A stretch of 64,000 nucleotides of DNA from Elusimicrobiota bacterium (GTDB lineage Bacteria > Elusimicrobiota > Elusimicrobia > Elusimicrobiales > UBA9959): the NCBI GenBank assembly GCA_036574205.1, contig JAINCQ010000020.1, positions 26,840-90,839 on the forward strand. Reading direction: 5' to 3'. Below are positions 59,249-64,000 of the stretch, piece by piece. A program made the translations under genes and the position numbers. The notes beneath the pieces are model-generated. The model did no database searches. It was not told the DNA's origin and saw only the letters and a list, made by a program, of their open reading frames with translations. Every line of letters starts with the position of its first letter. Within the stretch, counting starts at the first letter, position 1.

Positions 59249-61604
59249 TTATCCTTCTGGTTCTTTCTTCTTTTATATAGGCTAAAAGAATATCTCCTTC
59301 CAATATACTTTTGAAACCATCAATAAGAACTCCGCACTCATATCCTTTTTCAACTTCCTTCACATCTTCCTTGAATCTTTTAAGTCCCATTATTTTTCCT
59401 TCTCCGACAATTTCCTCGCCCCTGAATATTTTTATAAGAGCATTTCTCATAAGTTTTCCCTCAATGACAAATGAACCTGCAACTTTGCCAAGAGAAAGAT
59501 CAAATATCTGCCTCACCTCTGCTTTTCCAATTTCTACTTCAACTATTTCAGGCTCAAGCATTCCATTTAAAGCAGCTTTCATATCTTCAAATAATTCATA
59601 TATTACCTTATATATCCTTATTTCAACCCCGTTAGCCTTTGCTTTTTCTTTTATATCATCCTGTGCTTTTATATTAAATCCAAATATTATTCCATTAGAA
59701 GCTTTAGCTAATGCCACGTCAGATTCATTAACATCGCCAATACCAGTATGCAAAATATTAATAGCAACTTCTGAATTAGCAAATTTTTCAAGACTGTCTC
59801 TTATAGCTTGAAGCGAGCCATATACATCCGTTTTTAATATTATGTTTAGCTTTTTTATAAGATTTTGTTCCATATCACTCTTTAAAGATAAAAGAGATAT
59901 GTTCTTTTGATGAAGTATGTTGTCTTTTCTTATTTGTTTTCTATTTTCAGCTATCTCTCTTGCTTTTTTTTCAGATTCAACTACCTTTAAAACATCTCCC
60001 GGAACAGGCAACTCATCATTAATTCCTAAAACCTCTGCCGGCATAGAGGGTAATATTTCCTTTAACCTCATGCCTCTATCGTCTATAAGGGCTCTAACTT
60101 TTCCAAATGTTGTCCCAACTACAAAACTATCACCTATTTTTATCTTGCCTTTTGTGCATATAATAGTAGCAAGAATTCCTCTTTTTGAATCCTTCTTGGC
60201 TTCAACAACAACCCCAAGACCTCTGAGATCATAATTTGCCTTAAGCTCCATTATCTCAGCCTGTAATAATATAATTTCAAGAAGTTTGTCTATATTAATT
60301 TTCTTTTTAGCTGAAATCTCTATCATCGGAACCTTTCCACCCCATTCTTCAGGTATTAAATCATAAGAAGAAAGTTGCTGTTTTATATTATTTGGATTTG
60401 CCTGCGGAAGATCTATTTTATTTATCGCAACTACTATTGGAACATTGGCTGCTTTTGCATGATTTATTGCTTCAACAGTCTGAGGCATTACACCATCTGT
60501 GGCAGAGACGACAAGAACCACTATATCGGTAACCTTTACTCCCTGAGCCCTCATTGCAGTAAAAGCCTCATGACCAGGAGTATCAAGAACAGTTATATTA
60601 CCCTTGGGGGTTCTTACCATATATGCACCTATATGCTGAGTAATCTGACCTGCCTCGGTATCTACCACATTTGATTGCCTTATAGCATCAAGAAGGGTTG
60701 TTTTGCCGTGGTCAACATGTCCCATTATCGTTATTACAGGCGGGCGAGGTTTCATTTTAGAAGGATCATCTATCTCCTCAACCTCAGCTATAGCCGTATC
60801 TTCAAAAACTGGAATAAATTCAAGCTCATATCCATAATCAAGACTGACAAGAGCAGCAACATCTTCATCAAGTTTCTGGGTTATAGAAGCAAATATTCCC
60901 ATACTCATAAGCTTTTTAATTAAATCAACTGGTTTTATTTCAAGTTTTTCCGCAAGATCCCTTACTGTCAAAGCAGTAGAAACTTTAATTTTCTTATATT
61001 CAACGCCTTCTTTTTTTTCTATTTTTGGCCTTTCTTCCTTTACTGGTTCTTCCTTTGGTTTTACAGGTTTATGTTGCTGGGTAGAAGGGGGAAGTTTCTC
61101 GTGTTTTTTCTTTTTCTCTTCATGTTTTATCTCTACTTCTACAAATCCCAAGTTAGCATCAACAGGTTTGCCATGTTTTATATCATATGTCAGAAAATCA
61201 TTTTCTTTATCCTTGGTTATATCAGAGGTTTTAAGTTTTTTGTGGCTAAGATCGGATACTTCTTTTTTCTCCTCAGATACTTTTTTAACCTCTTCTTTTT
61301 TTATTAATTCTTTCTTTTTTTCAACTATAGAAGACTCTTTTTTTGAGGTTGTTTTTTTCTCTGTTTTAACTTCCTTTTTTAACTGTTTGGTTTTTTCTTT
61401 TTTTACTTCTTCCTTATTCTCTTCAGCAACTTCAGGTTGTTTTTGAACAGCTTTTTCTTTTTCTTGCTTTGCTTTAAGTTTCTCCATAAAAGCTTTTAAC
61501 TTTTCTTTATCTGGTTGTTTTTTTGGGGTTTCTTTTTTTCTTCCAGTTATTTTATCTATTGAAACTTTTATTATTTTCTTGTCTTCTTTGCTATTATCAG
61601 ACAT
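59232..61604 (-). CDS. infB: Translation initiation factor IF-2
   Basis: RPPVITIMGHVDHGKT, DTPGHEAF, NKID; K/E-rich N-terminus. Confidence 0.98.
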   Translation of the reverse strand: MSDNSKEDKKIIKVSIDKITGRKKETPKKQPDKEKLKAFMEKLKAKQEKEKAVQKQPEVAEENKEEVKKEKTKQLKKEVKTEKKTTSKKESSIVEKKKELIKKEEVKKVSEEKKEVSDLSHKKLKTSDITKDKENDFLTYDIKHGKPVDANLGFVEVEIKHEEKKKKHEKLPPSTQQHKPVKPKEEPVKEERPKIEKKEGVEYKKIKVSTALTVRDLAEKLEIKPVDLIKKLMSMGIFASITQKLDEDVAALVSLDYGYELEFIPVFEDTAIAEVEEIDDPSKMKPRPPVITIMGHVDHGKTTLLDAIRQSNVVDTEAGQITQHIGAYMVRTPKGNITVLDTPGHEAFTAMRAQGVKVTDIVVLVVSATDGVMPQTVEAINHAKAANVPIVVAINKIDLPQANPNNIKQQLSSYDLIPEEWGGKVPMIEISAKKKINIDKLLEIILLQAEIMELKANYDLRGLGVVVEAKKDSKRGILATIICTKGKIKIGDSFVVGTTFGKVRALIDDRGMRLKEILPSMPAEVLGINDELPVPGDVLKVVESEKKAREIAENRKQIRKDNILHQKNISLLSLKSDMEQNLIKKLNIILKTDVYGSLQAIRDSLEKFANSEVAINILHTGIGDVNESDVALAKASNGIIFGFNIKAQDDIKEKAKANGVEIRIYKVIYELFEDMKAALNGMLEPEIVEVEIGKAEVRQIFDLSLGKVAGSFVIEGKLMRNALIKIFRGEEIVGEGKIMGLKRFKEDVKEVEKGYECGVLIDGFKSILEGDILLAYIKEERTRRINELEK

Positions 61605-61623
61605 ACAAAAACTCCTTTAGATT

Positions 61624-62910
61624 TTACTTTTCCTTTCCCTGCTGTTTCTGGTTTTCAAGGTATTTTTTAACTGATTCCAAAATTTTCTGAGCAGTTTTAT
61701 CACCTATACCAGAAAGGCTTGATAGGTCATCCGGAGTCATATTTGCTATCTTTTCTGGTTCATTATAACCCATCTTTACCAGGGTCTGAGCCGCTTTTTG
61801 AGTTATCCCCTCTATTTCAGTTAATCTTGCAACCTGTTTTTTAAAAGACTGAGTAGATTCGTTCTGTTTTTCAGTTTCTGATTTTATCTCAAAGCTATAT
61901 TCCGTCAATTTCTCAACAAGCATCTTATTAATTCCATCTCTTCCAAACGCCAATTCTACCTGATCGTCTGGGACAACAATTATTGCAATTTTATTGCTCT
62001 TATCTATTGAAACAGAACTGACCTTTGCGGGAGAGAAAGCTTTGGCAATTATCTGAACTATATCTTCAGAATAAGGTATAAGATCTATCTTTTCATTTGA
62101 CAACTCAGCCATAATTGCCTTTATCCTTGAACCCTTTACCCCAACACATGCTCCAACTGGATCTATTTTAGGTGAATTACTTTTGACTATAACCTTTGAT
62201 CTTACCCCGGGCTCCCTAACAATCTGTACTATTTCGACAATACCTTCATAAATCTCTGGAATTTCATTTTGCAGTATTGCCTTCATAAACTCTATAGAAG
62301 CTCTTGAAAGTATTATCTGAGGAGTTTTTGTTTTTTCAACTCTTTGAATTATGGCTTTTACCCTATCATTCACACTATATCTTTCTCTTCTTATTTGCTC
62401 TGAAAACGGAAGTACTGCCTCAGCCTTTCCAAGATTTACAAGTAAATCCCTGTTATTTATATGTGTAACAAGTCCTGTTACTATTTCTCCAATTCTTGGG
62501 GCAAATTCATTATAAGTTTTATCCCTTTCAGATATTCTTATCTTCTGCAATAATGTCTGCTTGGCTATTTGAGACGCTATTCGCGAAAAATCCTCAACCT
62601 CTACTGGAATTCTTATATTTTCTCCTACTTTAGCATCTGGCTTGTATTTTTTTGCGTCATCAAGAGATATTTCAAGTTCTTCTATAGCTATATCATCAAC
62701 TACAGTTTTAACAAAATAAGCCTTCATCTCCGCCGTATTTGGATCAACCTCAGCCTCTATCTGAACAACCTTACCATAATATTTTCTCAAAGCTGTGACT
62801 ATAGAATCGGATATGGTTTTAAATATCTCCTCTTTTTTAATGTTTTTATCTTTTTCAAGCTGCTCTATTATTGCCATAAATTCATTTTTGCTTTTAAATA
62901 ATTTATCCAT
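61624..62910 (-). CDS. nusA: Transcription factor NusA
   Basis: S1/KH domains, REPGVRSK, DPVGACVG, C-terminal HhH. Confidence 0.95.
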   Translation of the reverse strand: MDKLFKSKNEFMAIIEQLEKDKNIKKEEIFKTISDSIVTALRKYYGKVVQIEAEVDPNTAEMKAYFVKTVVDDIAIEELEISLDDAKKYKPDAKVGENIRIPVEVEDFSRIASQIAKQTLLQKIRISERDKTYNEFAPRIGEIVTGLVTHINNRDLLVNLGKAEAVLPFSEQIRRERYSVNDRVKAIIQRVEKTKTPQIILSRASIEFMKAILQNEIPEIYEGIVEIVQIVREPGVRSKVIVKSNSPKIDPVGACVGVKGSRIKAIMAELSNEKIDLIPYSEDIVQIIAKAFSPAKVSSVSIDKSNKIAIIVVPDDQVELAFGRDGINKMLVEKLTEYSFEIKSETEKQNESTQSFKKQVARLTEIEGITQKAAQTLVKMGYNEPEKIANMTPDDLSSLSGIGDKTAQKILESVKKYLENQKQQGKEK

Positions 62911-62923
62911 ATATCTCTCCTTA

Positions 62924-63388
62924 TCAATTTATTTTTTTAAAAATTTCGTTATCATCAGGATTAAGCCTTACTTCGTTTATATCATTTAAATTAAATTTCA
63001 AACCATCTTCAAAATAAACTATATTATCTTTAAAATCCACTATTTTTGAATAATAAGTTCTTGTTCCATCAATAGGTTGTTTCAATATTATCTTCACATC
63101 TCTTCCCTTAAATCTCTCAAAATCTTTAGGTTTTTTTATTAATCTATCTATTCCAGGGGATGAAACCTCAAGAATATAGGGGGTATCAATCAAAGAATTT
63201 ATATCTATAAAGGATCCAATTTTTTCAGACCATTTTTCGCAATCATCTATTCCAACATTTCCCTGCTCTTTGTCTATAAATATCTGAATAACAAGACTTC
63301 TGGCTCTATGAATTTTTATATCAATTATCTCAAAGCCAGATCCTTCAAATAGCGGCAACAGTTTTTCTTCTATTTCAAAGCTATTCAT
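62924..63388 (-). CDS. rimP: Ribosome maturation factor
   Basis: IDDCE, YILEVSSPGIDR. Confidence 0.95.
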   Translation of the reverse strand: MNSFEIEEKLLPLFEGSGFEIIDIKIHRARSLVIQIFIDKEQGNVGIDDCEKWSEKIGSFIDINSLIDTPYILEVSSPGIDRLIKKPKDFERFKGRDVKIILKQPIDGTRTYYSKIVDFKDNIVYFEDGLKFNLNDINEVRLNPDDNEIFKKIN

Positions 63389-63405
63389 AAATCAGTCCTC
63401 ATAAT

Positions 63406-63434
63406 AAAAAAGTGGCTTTTTGAGCCACTTTTAA
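63406..63434 (-). promoter_or_regulatory. rimP leader hairpin (terminator-like attenuator)
   Basis: 10-bp stem AAAAGTGGCT/AGCCACTTTT (63408-63417/63423-63432) with a U-tract on the - strand, ~20 nt upstream of the rimP start. Confidence 0.75.
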
Positions 63435-63534
63435 TAAAAACGGATAATATCTTATTCCGTTAGAACTCACAGCCTAAAGGCCTTATTAATATGATATCAT
63501 AATTAAATCAGAAAAACAATACCTTGTATGAGTT

Positions 63535-64000
63535 CACGAGTTCAAAACGCTAGTGCAACAAAAGAACATATCTGCCGTATAATAAGAGCTAGATTTGAAA
63601 TACAAACACTTAAACAAGTATGAGCGTGACAAACTGTTAGTTTTACGAATGCGAGGGTTAAAATTCAGGGAAATAGCGAAAATTCCAAAATCGCAGCCCC
63701 AGCACGTTATCACATAAGCTTGAGAAGGAATAGTTCACGTAAAGGGCATTACTTACCGCACAAAGCACAAGAGAAAGCGGAAAAGAGGCTTAAGAAAAGC
63801 CACAAGAAGAAAAGGCTCAAAACCTATGCCTTAAGATTAGATGTTGAGAATATGCTTATGAAAGGTTGGTCGCCAGAAATTATATCTGGTCGTCTTAAAA
63901 TGCTTAACGGAGGCAAGTGTGTAATAAGCCACGAAAGCATATACCAGTGGATATATAAAGAAGCGCCGTATCTGAAAGGCTATTTAGTTCGTGGTCGTGA
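63535..64000 (+). mobile_element. IS30-family insertion sequence remnant (left end plus 5' part of transposase)
   Basis: IR-like end ...CTAGTGCAACA (to 63560); HTH and WSPE.ISGRL / ISHESIYQWIY motifs. Confidence 0.8.
63595..64000 (+). pseudogene. IS30 transposase with two frameshifts, runs off the window
   Basis: MKYKHLNKYERD...FREIAK (frame a, TAA at 63715) / NRSPSTLS (frame b) / LRRN...GWSPEIISGRL...ISHESIYQWIY (frame c). Confidence 0.8.

Noticed and set aside
59311..61446. Several antisense ORFs over infB (and similar ones over pyrG, secDF, ribBA and others)
   Set aside because: Shadow ORFs opposite conserved genes, with low-complexity Phe/Ser/Ile composition and no recognisable motifs

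Overview
AT-rich (roughly 30% GC by eye), gene-dense chromosomal window from a diderm, LPS-producing bacterium using genetic code 11. The protein style (CTD/FlgD-like Ig protein, giant fibre protein) is compatible with Elusimicrobiota, but that assignment is inference only. Most of the window is housekeeping: an LPS/Kdo/heptose cluster (lptA-like, lptB, lptC, kdsD, kdsA, pyrG, kdsB, heptose kinase, GT9, lpxK, gmhB, waaA), yebC-ruvCAB-spoIID-queA-tgt-yajC-secDF, yceD-rpmF-plsX-fabG-acpP-rnc, the riboflavin operon, purB-purA-etfBA, malic enzyme, greA, a PilB/GspE ATPase, aspartokinase, dihydropyrimidinase and rimP-nusA-infB-rbfA-DHH-truB-ribF. It also has two tRNAs (Arg-UCG, Met-CAU) and a frameshifted IS30-family remnant at the right edge. 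The most unexplained elements are: (i) a GC-rich array of multi-hairpin 120-bp units directly after tRNA-Arg(UCG), whose variation preserves base pairing, including a stem with swapped arms; (ii) a secreted ~1390-aa phage-tail-fibre-like mosaic protein paired with a small stand-alone CTD/FlgD-Ig-like protein inside the LPS cluster; (iii) a heptosyltransferase with two acceptor domains; (iv) an apparently catalytically dead TPR-SpoIID paralogue; and (v) a recurring leaderless-promoter signature.
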